Assembly (NCBI GenBank): GCA_937898755.1
Contig: CALEJU010000025.1
Location: 16,000 to 79,999, forward strand
Direction of reading: 5' to 3'
DNA: 64,000 nucleotides
Origin: an uncultured Acidobacteriota bacterium
GTDB lineage: Bacteria; Acidobacteriota; Terriglobia; Terriglobales; SCQP01
A model generated the notes under the pieces. That model saw only the letters and a program-made list of their open reading frames with translations. It had not been told where the DNA came from and ran no database searches. Every line of letters begins with the position of its first letter. Positions within the stretch are counted from its first letter, which is position 1. This document shows positions 9,907 through 19,281 of this stretch, piece by piece. A program made the translations under genes and the position numbers.

Positions 9907-10955
9907 GCCATTCGATTTCCATTGCCGGGCGTGAAGTTGGCGTTGATCGTCCCACGTTTGTCATTGCCGAAGCGGGCGTCAACCATAACGGTGATCTGGC
10001 GACCGCCATGCGCATGGTGGAAGTGGCAGCCCAGAGCGGCGCCGATGCCGTAAAGTTTCAGACCTTCGATTCCGATGCACTGGCGACCGCCGCCGCCCCC
10101 AAAGCGGAGTACCAGGTCCGGACCACCGGCGGGAGCGAATCGCAGCGGGACATGCTGCGGCGTTTGCAATTATCGGCGGCCGCGCATCGCGAACTGAAGT
10201 CTCATGCCGATCGCCAGGGCATCATCTTTCTGTCAAGCCCCTTCGACGACGCCAGCGTGGATCTGCTGCTGGACCTCGGCGTCCCGGCGTTTAAGATCCC
10301 TTCCGGCGAGCTGACCAACCTGCCCTTGCTCCAGCGGATCGCCCGCTCCGGCAAGCCGGTCATCCTTTCGACCGGAATGGCGGGACTGGGTGAAATCGAG
10401 AGTGCGCTTCGCTGCCTGCTGGCCGAGGGGGCGGAGAACGTCATTCTGCTGCAATGCGTGACCCAGTACCCGGCCGATCCGGCCGACGTCCACTTACGGG
10501 CCATGGCAACGATGAAGGCCACCTTCGGGCTGCCGGTCGGCTATTCCGATCATACGGAGAGCCCAGAGGTCGTCCTGGCGGCGGTGGCCCTGGGTGCCTG
10601 CGTGATCGAGAAGCACTTCACGCTGGATCGAACCTTGCCCGGACCGGACCATCGGGCATCCGCCGAGCCGGCGGAATTGAAACAACTCATCACTTCCATT
10701 CGCGTAGTGGAGTCCGCGCTGGGGACGCCGCGCAAGCGGCCCGGAGCCGGGGAGCTGCAAAACGCGAAAGTTGCGCGCAAGAGCTTGGTCGCGCGCGTCA
10801 AAATTCCAGCGGGCGCTCCCTTCACCGCCGACAACGTAACCACCAAGCGGCCCGGCACCGGCATCGCGCCGGGCCATCTCGACATCGTCTTGCAACGTCG
10901 TGCGCGGGTCGACATCGAGCCGGACCAACTCTTGTCGTGGGACATGCTGGCCTGA
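9903..10955 (+). CDS. neuB: Nonulosonic acid synthase (NeuB/LegI) with C-terminal SAF domain
   Basis: IAEAGVNHNGD, ADAVKFQTF, KIPSGELTN, ILSTGMA, GYSDHT, IEKHFTLD, GPDH, KRPGTGI. Confidence 0.93.
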   Translation: MSHSISIAGREVGVDRPTFVIAEAGVNHNGDLATAMRMVEVAAQSGADAVKFQTFDSDALATAAAPKAEYQVRTTGGSESQRDMLRRLQLSAAAHRELKSHADRQGIIFLSSPFDDASVDLLLDLGVPAFKIPSGELTNLPLLQRIARSGKPVILSTGMAGLGEIESALRCLLAEGAENVILLQCVTQYPADPADVHLRAMATMKATFGLPVGYSDHTESPEVVLAAVALGACVIEKHFTLDRTLPGPDHRASAEPAELKQLITSIRVVESALGTPRKRPGAGELQNAKVARKSLVARVKIPAGAPFTADNVTTKRPGTGIAPGHLDIVLQRRARVDIEPDQLLSWDMLA

Positions 10956-11201
10956 CCGGCTGTCCCACCCCGCCACATTCCGCCTACCACGGGCCATGCG
11001 TCACGGGACCGCTGGCCTGCCGCCGACCGGGCCTGGGCCGGGGCCTTGATCCGTCTTCCCAGCGGCTTCCGGACCGCCACGACAGCACGACCGAAACCTG
11101 ACGCATCCCCATGGTTCATCCTTATCGGGCCACTGAACTTGATCCGGCTTCGCCTTGGCGAAGACAAGTCAACGCGGCTTGCCCGCGCCCAGGGAGCATG
11201 C

Positions 11202-12365
11202 ATGTCGCGACGTAAGATTCTGGTGTTGACCGGAATCCGTTCGGAATATGGCATCTTATTTCCCGTTCTGCGTGCCATTCAGGAACACCCCCAGCTGGAA
11301 TTGCTGGTGGTCGCCGCTGCGGCCCATTGCTCACCCGCCTTGGGTCACACGGTGGAGATGATTGAACAAGATGGGTTTCCGATTGCAGAGCGGATCGAGA
11401 GCCTGCTGAGTTCGAACACGCCGGGCGGAAGAATCAAGTCGACCGCCATCGAGATGCTCGGTCTGGTGCAAACCCTCGAGCGTTTGCGCCCCGATCTGAT
11501 CGTGGCGGTGGGCGATCGCGAGGAGCCGCTGGTGGCGGCCTTCTGCGGCGTACATTTGAACATTCCGATGGCGCACCTGTGCGGCGGCGATTATGTGATT
11601 GGCGGGAACGCGGACGACTCCATCCGCCACGCGGTCAGTAAAATGGCGCATCTGCACTTTCCCATGAGCGAGATGAGCGCGGAACGGCTCCGTCGCATGG
11701 GCGAAGAAGACTGGCGGATCCACTGCACCGGCAACCCCGGCTTGGACCGCTTGTTCTGGGAACCCCCGCTCACGCGCGAGGAACTCGCGTCACGTTGGGG
11801 CTTCGCTCTTGGCCAGTCACCGCTGGTGGTGATCATTCAGCATCCCGTCAATGCAGAAGCCGGGGACGCCGCGCGGCAGATGGCGATCACGCTGGAGGCC
11901 GTGGCCGACGTCCGCTGTACCGCGATTCTCATCTACCCGAACTCCGATCCGGGCAGTCACGATACGATTCGCACCATAGAGTCCTATTTGCCAAAGACTG
12001 GCCATCTCCACGCGTTTCGGAATCTCCCGCAATCGGAGTTTGTCAACCTGCTGCGGCATGCCGGCGTTCTAGTGGGGAATTCCAGCCTCGGTATTCTGGA
12101 AGCACCGGCGCTACGCCTGCCCGTCGTGAACATCGGCAATCGTCAAAACGGGCGGGAGCACGCCGCCAACGTCCAATTTGTCCCCCATGAGAAGGCGGCC
12201 ATCCAGCACGCCACGGAGCGCGCCCTGTTCAATGCCGGCTACCGCGAGGAGGTTGCACAGTGTCACAACCCCTTCGGAGATGGCCATGCGGGGAAGCGCA
12301 TTGCTGACATTCTTGCCACCTGCCCGCTCGACGAAACCCTCCTGCTCAAACGGGGCGTGCAGTGA
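11202..12365 (+). CDS. neuC: Hydrolysing NDP-GlcNAc/diacetamido-sugar 2-epimerase (NeuC/LegG)
   Basis: LTGIRSEYG, GDREE, HLCGGD, IRHAVSKMAHLHF, YPNSD, GNSSLG, NIGNRQNGR, FGDG; start ATG 11202 after AGGGAG. Confidence 0.92.
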   Translation: MSRRKILVLTGIRSEYGILFPVLRAIQEHPQLELLVVAAAAHCSPALGHTVEMIEQDGFPIAERIESLLSSNTPGGRIKSTAIEMLGLVQTLERLRPDLIVAVGDREEPLVAAFCGVHLNIPMAHLCGGDYVIGGNADDSIRHAVSKMAHLHFPMSEMSAERLRRMGEEDWRIHCTGNPGLDRLFWEPPLTREELASRWGFALGQSPLVVIIQHPVNAEAGDAARQMAITLEAVADVRCTAILIYPNSDPGSHDTIRTIESYLPKTGHLHAFRNLPQSEFVNLLRHAGVLVGNSSLGILEAPALRLPVVNIGNRQNGREHAANVQFVPHEKAAIQHATERALFNAGYREEVAQCHNPFGDGHAGKRIADILATCPLDETLLLKRGVQ

Positions 12366-13045
12366 GTGAACCGCCTCCCATGCGGGTCGTCGGGATCGGA
12401 GCGGGCGGACACGCCAAGGTCCTTCTGGATATCCTATTGACCGACCCTCGGGTCCGCGTGATCGGGGTGACCGATTCGGATCCGGCTCTCAGGGGGCAGT
12501 CCGTTCTGGGCATTCCCGTGCTGGGGGGCGATGACATCCTTGCCTCTCTGCGGAGCCAGGGGGTGGAGGGCGCTTTCATCGGCGTCGGCAGCGTCGGACC
12601 CGCCCTGCGGTGCCAGCAGCTGTTTGAAGACATGCAGCATCGGGGATTCCATATCCTTTCGATCACCCACCCCCGCGCCGTCGTGGCGCGCGATGTGCAA
12701 CGCGCCACCGGCGTGATGGTGATGGCGGGAGCGGTCGTCAACCCGGGTGTGCATCTCGGATGCAACGTCATCATCAACACCGGCGCCATCGTCGAGCACG
12801 ACACTTGGATTGGCGATCACGTGCACGTGGCGCCGGGCGCGGTGATCGGCGGTGGGGTGGTGGTCGAAGCGGGTGCCCACATCGGGCTGGGCGCGCGGAT
12901 CCGGCAGGGTATCCGCATTGGAGCCCACGCGCTCGTGGCGTCCGGAGCTGTCGTCGTCCGCGATGTGGCGGCGCACACACAGGTGATGGGAGTGCCCGCG
13001 CGTCCGCGGGATTGGTCCAGGGGGGAAGAGTCGCGCCATGACTGA
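12362..13045 (+). CDS. NeuD/PglD-family sugar N/O-acetyltransferase
   Basis: GAGGHAKV; hexapeptide repeats INTGAIVEHD, HVAPGAVIGG; GVPAR. Confidence 0.9.
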   Translation: MSEPPPMRVVGIGAGGHAKVLLDILLTDPRVRVIGVTDSDPALRGQSVLGIPVLGGDDILASLRSQGVEGAFIGVGSVGPALRCQQLFEDMQHRGFHILSITHPRAVVARDVQRATGVMVMAGAVVNPGVHLGCNVIINTGAIVEHDTWIGDHVHVAPGAVIGGGVVVEAGAHIGLGARIRQGIRIGAHALVASGAVVVRDVAAHTQVMGVPARPRDWSRGEESRHD

Positions 13046-14099
13046 TCCGGATCTGGAACAGTTTCTGGTAACGAAATACACGACGCTGCGCCAGGCCATG
13101 CAGGCGATTGACCGCAATGCTCAAGGCATCGTCCTGGTCGTCGACCCCGATCGGCGGCTGCTGGCCACCTTGACCGACGGCGACATCCGGCGCGCCATTC
13201 TGCAAGCCATCAACCTGGACGACCCGGTGGAGTCGCTGCTATCCGTGCAAGAGAAACAGTTCCCCGTTACCGCGCCGGCGGGAAGCAACGACCATGAAAT
13301 CGCGAAACTCATGCAGGCGCATTCTATTCGCCAAGTCCCCATGCTGGACGCAGGCCAACGCGTGGTGGCCCTGCGTTGTCGGGAACAGATCCCCCTTGCC
13401 CCGGGTGCCATCCGCGCCGTGGTCATGGCCGGTGGCTTCGGGAAACGATTGCGCCCGCTGACGGAACATTTGCCCAAGCCGCTGCTACCGATTGGTGATC
13501 GTCCCCTGCTGCAACACACCATTGAACAACTCTGCGCCGCCGGCTTCCACCAGGTCAGTATCACCACCCACTTCAAAGGCGAGCTGATCCGTGATCACTT
13601 CGGCGGCGGCGAGGACTACGGCGTCGCCATTGACTATGTCTCCGAAGACATTCCCTTGGGAACCGCCGGCGCCCTGGCGCTTCTCGATCCGCCGACCGAG
13701 CCCGTGCTGGTGATCAACGGGGATATCCTGACGCGATTGGATTTCCGCTCCATGCGCGATTTCCACTTCCGGCAGAACGCTGTCATGACGGTCGGTATCA
13801 CGCGCTACGACCAACAGGTCCCGTATGGCGTGGTGGAGTTGCAAGGCGCGCAGATTCTGAACATTAAAGAAAAGCCCGTCAGCAATTTCTTTATCCTGGG
13901 CGGGATCTATTTGATCGGCCCGGAGGCATGGCAGTTTCTACGCCGGGGAGAACGCTGCGACATGCCGGATTTGATCCGTCTGCTGATCGCCGCGGGGCGC
14001 AAGGTGGTCAGCTTCCCCATTGCCGAGTATTGGCTGGACATTGGCCAGATGAAAGACTACGAGCGCGCCTTGGCGGATGTTGCCGGCGGACGGTTTTAA
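13038..14099 (+). CDS. CBS-domain sugar-phosphate nucleotidyltransferase (PtmE/LegX-type)
   Basis: N-terminal CBS (TLTDGDIRRAIL); MAGGFGKRLRPLT..PKPLL, PLGTAGAL, NGDILT, WLDIG. Confidence 0.9.
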   Translation: MTDPDLEQFLVTKYTTLRQAMQAIDRNAQGIVLVVDPDRRLLATLTDGDIRRAILQAINLDDPVESLLSVQEKQFPVTAPAGSNDHEIAKLMQAHSIRQVPMLDAGQRVVALRCREQIPLAPGAIRAVVMAGGFGKRLRPLTEHLPKPLLPIGDRPLLQHTIEQLCAAGFHQVSITTHFKGELIRDHFGGGEDYGVAIDYVSEDIPLGTAGALALLDPPTEPVLVINGDILTRLDFRSMRDFHFRQNAVMTVGITRYDQQVPYGVVELQGAQILNIKEKPVSNFFILGGIYLIGPEAWQFLRRGERCDMPDLIRLLIAAGRKVVSFPIAEYWLDIGQMKDYERALADVAGGRF

Positions 14100-14129
14100 A
14101 CCATTTCGGGATCGCTGGAGGAGGAGATT

Positions 14130-15098
14130 GTGGGTCTTACGCTGATCACCGGCGGAGCCGGTTATATCGGGAGCGCTCTGGTTCCCCAACTGTTGGCGGC
14201 CGGTCGCAAGGTCCGCGTCGTGGACTGGCTCCGCATGCAGGGTGAAAGTCTGCTCCCAGTATGGAATCAACCCGGGTTTGAGTTCCAGAAGGGGGATATC
14301 ACGCGCGCCCCCGATCGGGAACGTGCGCTGGATGGCGTGACCTCGATCATCCACCTCGCCGCCATCGTTGGGGATCCGGCCTGCAAGAAGGAGCCCGAAC
14401 TCGCCCGCTCGGTCAACCTCGATGCCACCTGCGCGCTGATCGACGGGGCCCGCCGCCACGGGGTGCGGGACTTCATCTTCGTTTCGACGTGCAGCAACTA
14501 CGGGATCAGCGACCCCGGCCAACTCGCGACCGAGCAGTCCCCGCTCAACCCGGTGTCGCTGTACGCCGAGACCAAGGTGGAGGCCGAACGCTACCTGCTG
14601 CAGTACGCCGGCCCCAGTTTCATCCCCACCGGGCTGCGACTCGCCACCGTCTACGGCGTGGCGCCGCGGATGCGTTTCGACCTGACCGTCAACGAGTTCG
14701 CCCGCGATGCCGCGCTGGGACGCAAGCTGGTCGTCTTCGCGGAAAAGCTGTGGCGCCCCTACGTGCATGTGAAGGATGTCGCCGCAGCCATTCAACTGGT
14801 CCTCGAAAGCCCCGAGGCGGCTCGCAGCGGCCAGGTGTTCAACGTCGGGCACACCACGGAAAACTACCAGAAACAACGCCTGTGCGAATTGTTGCAGGCC
14901 CGGGTTCCGGACCTGGTCGTCGAGTATGTCGCACAAGGCAATGACCCGCGCAGCTATCGCGTCAGCTTTGAACGGATCGGGACGGAGCTGGGCTTTCGTC
15001 CGCAGTTCCGCGTTCCCGATGGCATCGACGAGACCCTGGCCCTCGTCCGGGACGGCATCATTGCCGACCCGGACGAGCGGCGCTGGCGGAACAGTTAG
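14130..15098 (+). CDS. NAD-dependent epimerase/dehydratase (extended SDR)
   Basis: TGGAGYIG, HLAAIVGDPAC, STCSNYG, YAETK (YxxxK), RFDLTVN. Confidence 0.9.
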   Translation: MGLTLITGGAGYIGSALVPQLLAAGRKVRVVDWLRMQGESLLPVWNQPGFEFQKGDITRAPDRERALDGVTSIIHLAAIVGDPACKKEPELARSVNLDATCALIDGARRHGVRDFIFVSTCSNYGISDPGQLATEQSPLNPVSLYAETKVEAERYLLQYAGPSFIPTGLRLATVYGVAPRMRFDLTVNEFARDAALGRKLVVFAEKLWRPYVHVKDVAAAIQLVLESPEAARSGQVFNVGHTTENYQKQRLCELLQARVPDLVVEYVAQGNDPRSYRVSFERIGTELGFRPQFRVPDGIDETLALVRDGIIADPDERRWRNS

Positions 15099-15109
15099 GA
15101 CATTGATCC

Positions 15110-16291
15110 ATGGCGGATGAATTCATTCCTCTCTGTGTTCCCGCTCTCCGCGGCAACGAACTGCAATACCTGCGTCAATGTGTCGAGACCAACTGGGTCT
15201 CCTATGTAGGCCCGTTTGTCTCGCAGTTCGAGGCGCTCACCGCGGCGTATGTCGGTCAACCGCATGCGGTGGCCACGAACAGTGGTACGGCGGCCCTGCA
15301 CATGGCCCTGCTGCTCGCCGGCGTGCAACCGGGTGACGAAGTGCTGGTCTCGGACCTCACCTTTATCGCGCCCGTGAACACGATCCGCTACTGCGGTGCG
15401 TACCCTGTCTTCATTGATGCGGAGCCGCACTACTGGCAGATGAACGCGGACGACGTACGGTCTTTTCTGGAACAGGAATGCACGGCGGCGAACGGTCGCT
15501 TGGTCAACCGGCGCTCGGGGCGGCCCGTGACCGCCCTGCTGCCGGTCCATATTCTCGGTCATCCCGTCGATCTGGATCCGCTGCTGGAACTGGCCCGCCG
15601 TTTCGATCTGAAGTTGATCGAGGATGCAACCGAGGCGCTCGGCGCGCGCTATCGCGGGCGGCGCGCGGGGGGATTCGGGGACTCGGCCTGCTTTAGCTAT
15701 AACGGCAACAAGCTGATCACCACCGGCGGCGGGGGCATGCTGGTCACCGCCGACGCGGAGACCGCGCGACGCGCCAAACATTTGACCACCCAGGCGAAAT
15801 CCAGCGCGGACGAGTATTTCCACGACGAGATCGGCTACAACTATCGCCTCACCAATATCCAGGCCGCGGTGGGCGTCGCCCAGATGGAACAGATCGACGA
15901 CTGCATTGCGCGCAAGCGGGCTATCGCCGCCCGCTATGCGGCGGAGCTGGCCGAGGTCCCGGGCCTGACCTTGCCCGGCGAAGCGGACTGGGCATTCTCG
16001 ACCTTCTGGTTGTACACGGTTCTCATTGACGAAGCGGTAACGGGAATTTCCAGCCGCGCATTGATGCGATCCCTCGCGGAAGCCAAAATCCAGACGCGGC
16101 CCTTGTGGGGACTCATGCACGACCAGGCGCCCCACCGCCAGGCGCAGGCCTACCGCATCCAAGAAGCGCCGCGCTTGTTCCGCGAGGGCCTCAGTCTCCC
16201 CTGCTCGGTGGATTTGACCGACGAGCAACAAGCCCGGGTCATTGCCGCAGTGCGCCGGCATCTGCTCGCTTCCGCGGCGACGCCACGATGA
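15110..16291 (+). CDS. LegC-family aminotransferase
   Basis: IPLCVP..GNE..Y...CVETNWVS.VGPFV, SGTAALH, FSYNGNKLITTGGGG, YFHDEIGYNYRLTN. Confidence 0.88.
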   Translation: MADEFIPLCVPALRGNELQYLRQCVETNWVSYVGPFVSQFEALTAAYVGQPHAVATNSGTAALHMALLLAGVQPGDEVLVSDLTFIAPVNTIRYCGAYPVFIDAEPHYWQMNADDVRSFLEQECTAANGRLVNRRSGRPVTALLPVHILGHPVDLDPLLELARRFDLKLIEDATEALGARYRGRRAGGFGDSACFSYNGNKLITTGGGGMLVTADAETARRAKHLTTQAKSSADEYFHDEIGYNYRLTNIQAAVGVAQMEQIDDCIARKRAIAARYAAELAEVPGLTLPGEADWAFSTFWLYTVLIDEAVTGISSRALMRSLAEAKIQTRPLWGLMHDQAPHRQAQAYRIQEAPRLFREGLSLPCSVDLTDEQQARVIAAVRRHLLASAATPR

Positions 16292-17490
16292 TTGACCGGG
16301 TCATCTTCCTGCTGCACTCACCTCTGAACGGCCGTGATTTCGACCGGTTCGGGATTGATATTCTGCAGCAGCACGGGTTTAATGTCGAAACGTGGGACGC
16401 AAGTCACCTGTTGTGGCCCACGGTACAACCCAGCGATCAACCTCTCCATTTCGAGGGTGAAAGGAGATTTCGGGACCTCGGCGCGGTTCGCCGGGAACTG
16501 AGTCGCCTGCCGCGCTCGTCCTTTGTCATCCCGCTATTCACTGCGGCAGAAAACTTTGGCACCTTGCGTGTCTTTCGAACCTTGTCCGCCAGTGCCGCGC
16601 GCTACGGACTGACACAACTGGCGGCGCTTCCAACGACGCCGCAACTATCGCACGGGCGGCGACTGGAACGCGCCGTTCAAGACCCGTCCTGGCTGATCAC
16701 GCGATCCATCTTTCGGGCAGCCCTGGCTTGTTCCCCGCTTCGCCCTCCTGACCTCTTGCTGGTCAGCGCAGGAGGCGCCCTGCGAGGGATTCAAGTACAT
16801 CCTGAAACCGAGGTGCTGTGGACACATTCGTTGGATTACGATCTCTTTCGGCAACTCCGGTCGAGCCATGGTGTTCCCCGGCTTGATTGCGGCATCTTTC
16901 TGGACGAGTACAACGCATACCATCCAGACTTCCGACGTTTGGGAATCCCGACGCCGGTGACCGCCGAGCGGTACTATCCCGCGCTGTGCCGTTTTTTTGA
17001 CCGATTGGAACGGGAGCAGCATTGCCGCATCGAAATCGCCGCCCACCCGGTTTCCGATTACCGGGATGCCGACCCCCGCTTTGGGGGGAGGGTTATCCAT
17101 CGCGGTCGCACCATGGCTCAAGTGGCGGAATCTGCCTTTGTCCTGGCGCACTGCAGCACCTCTATTCTGCATGCGGTGCTGTGGCGCAAGCCCGCGATTT
17201 TTTTCAAGACGGGTGAAATGAAGGGCACTGCATACGAGTCCACCATTGATGCGATGGCTTCCCTGCTCAACAAGACCCCTTGGTGGGCAGAACAGGATGT
17301 GGAGATGGATTGGACTGAAGCGATGCGGGTCGATGAAACCGCCTATCGCACCGCCCAAAACGACTACATCAAGCGCGAGGGTTCGGAGGACCGTCCCTGC
17401 TGGGAGATTGTCGCGCGACGCCTGCAGGCATACGGACGCGAAGTGTCCACGCCTGCCTCGCGCTCACGCCCTCTGGTAAATTCCCTTTGA
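16288..17490 (+). CDS. Uncharacterised GT-B-like protein, candidate ulosonate transferase
   Basis: Start coupled to the legC stop (ATGA); C-terminal IAAHP and LAHCSTSILHAVLWRKP resemble sialyl/Kdo-transferase-like folds; function inferred. Confidence 0.55.
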   Translation: MIDRVIFLLHSPLNGRDFDRFGIDILQQHGFNVETWDASHLLWPTVQPSDQPLHFEGERRFRDLGAVRRELSRLPRSSFVIPLFTAAENFGTLRVFRTLSASAARYGLTQLAALPTTPQLSHGRRLERAVQDPSWLITRSIFRAALACSPLRPPDLLLVSAGGALRGIQVHPETEVLWTHSLDYDLFRQLRSSHGVPRLDCGIFLDEYNAYHPDFRRLGIPTPVTAERYYPALCRFFDRLEREQHCRIEIAAHPVSDYRDADPRFGGRVIHRGRTMAQVAESAFVLAHCSTSILHAVLWRKPAIFFKTGEMKGTAYESTIDAMASLLNKTPWWAEQDVEMDWTEAMRVDETAYRTAQNDYIKREGSEDRPCWEIVARRLQAYGREVSTPASRSRPLVNSL

Positions 17491-19046
17491 AGATGCCGTC
17501 GTTGCAACGTCTGGAGCAACGGACGCAAGCCGTCCCCATACGGTTGCTCATCAGTCTACTCGGCACCGTTTCCCGGGCGGCGCTCTCTTTTTTGAACGCA
17601 ACCTTGGTGGCCCGCGGCCTGGGCGCGGGCGGATACGGAAATCTCAGCTTTCTTCTCGCCAGCTTCAGCGGCCTTGGGGTGCTGTGGGATGCGGGGGTTT
17701 CGCAGGCCTTCTTTACAGGCATCGCCGGCCGTCGTCGAGGCCCGCGAATCTTCTTCCTCTACTCGGCATGGCTGGCGGTTCAATTTTCGCTGACGGTCAC
17801 CTGCATTGCCGTGATCTTTCCTGGCCGTTGGATGCACGCGGTCTGGCTCGGCCAGGAGCGACCGGTCATCCTTCTCGCGTTCCTCGCGAGTTTCCTGACC
17901 AGTCAAGGGTGGAACACCGTTCAGGTCCTCGGCGAAGCGGTGCGCAAGACCAGCACTGTCCAGTTGGCAACCGTACTCCGGGCTGCCGCCCACACCCTGC
18001 TGCTGCTGCTGGCGATCCATTTCGTCCGACTCTCGGTGTCCATTGTCTTTGGGTTTCTCATCTTGGAATATGTCGTGGGCATGGCAGTCGTCGCGCCCCG
18101 GTTTCTGAAGGCGAATATCGACCGGGAAGGCGCGGATGTGGACTGGAAGACCCTGGTTCATGAGTTTGCCGCCTACTGCACGCCCATGGTGGGCTATGCC
18201 ATCCTGAGTTTCGGTTACAAATTTGTAGACCAGTGGCTGCTGCAGCGCTATGGGGGCTCCATCCAGCAGGGCTATTTTGCTTTCGCGCAGCAGTTCGTCA
18301 ACGTCGCACTCCTCGCCACGGCGGCCATCATTAATGTCCTCTTCAAGGAACTGTCCGAGGCCTCGAAGCGTGGCGATCACGAACGAGTCGCTCGTCTCCA
18401 CCGCCGATTTTCCATCAGTCTCTATGCTTTCACGGCTTGGCTGATCGCCCTGCTGTTGCCTTGCAGCCGAACCATACTTCAGCACACAGCCGGACCCCAA
18501 TTCACGGCCGGAGCCATGGTATTTGCGGTCATGCTGACGTTTCCGCTTCATCAGTGCCTGGGTCAGATCAACGGGACGTTTTTCTACGCCACTGGGAATA
18601 CACGCACGCTGGCTTGGCTCGGACCGATCGGCATGGGCCTCAGCATCGTGGGTGGCTACTTTACCTTGGCGCCCCGCAATGCTTGGTTGCCCGGGCTGGG
18701 CCTGGGCGCAACCGCCCTCGCGGTGAAAATGGTCGTGGTGCAAGTGGTGGCGGTCAATCTCCAGCTTTGGTTGATTGCACGCCATCAAAAACGACACTAC
18801 CGCGGCTTCTTTCAACTTATGTTCTTCCCGCTGCTTGGCTTGTCGTGGCTGGCCCAGCACGCCCTGGCCGGAACAACGATCCCTCAAATAGTCCAGCAGG
18901 GTCTGGCTGGGCTGCTCTACACCAGCGTAACCGTGGCGCTGATCTTTCGTTTTCCGCTATGGGTGGGCCTAAGCCCAGAGACGATGAGGACAATGTGGGT
19001 TTGGTGCTTGAAGCACGGTTGGCCAACAAAAGCATCGGCGCTTTGA
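17487..19046 (+). CDS. wzx: Wzx-type polysaccharide flippase
   Basis: Polytopic hydrophobic protein; ARGLGAGGYG N-terminal pattern; FVDQWLL..YGG..QQGYFA. Confidence 0.8.
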   Translation: MKMPSLQRLEQRTQAVPIRLLISLLGTVSRAALSFLNATLVARGLGAGGYGNLSFLLASFSGLGVLWDAGVSQAFFTGIAGRRRGPRIFFLYSAWLAVQFSLTVTCIAVIFPGRWMHAVWLGQERPVILLAFLASFLTSQGWNTVQVLGEAVRKTSTVQLATVLRAAAHTLLLLLAIHFVRLSVSIVFGFLILEYVVGMAVVAPRFLKANIDREGADVDWKTLVHEFAAYCTPMVGYAILSFGYKFVDQWLLQRYGGSIQQGYFAFAQQFVNVALLATAAIINVLFKELSEASKRGDHERVARLHRRFSISLYAFTAWLIALLLPCSRTILQHTAGPQFTAGAMVFAVMLTFPLHQCLGQINGTFFYATGNTRTLAWLGPIGMGLSIVGGYFTLAPRNAWLPGLGLGATALAVKMVVVQVVAVNLQLWLIARHQKRHYRGFFQLMFFPLLGLSWLAQHALAGTTIPQIVQQGLAGLLYTSVTVALIFRFPLWVGLSPETMRTMWVWCLKHGWPTKASAL

Positions 19047-19281
19047 ATCACTGGTCGGAAATGAGTGTGGGTCGGAATCAATCCTCCACAATCTTAAATC
19101 GTAGTAAGAGTTGTTCAAGTCCCGATGGATCTCAATGTGAAGGTGGTGACGGATGAGCGCCGATCCGATCGCTTGCCGCCGGGGCGACACCTATGATGGT
19201 ATTAGCTCAAACTTTCGGAAGGTGCTGGCTGAAAAGTTCGAAGGATGATCTACGTTTGTCGAAGCGAAGGACTCTGCACGA

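Noticed and set aside
17556-18887. Long antisense ORFs (also 24902-26374, 44926-46431, 46170-47588, 54128-55468, 56723-57955)
   Set aside because: Shadow frames opposite well-supported genes, typical of high-GC codon bias, with no motifs.
19047-19281. Short ORFs in the wzx-FkbM spacer
   Set aside because: About 30 aa, with no recognisable motif or convincing RBS.
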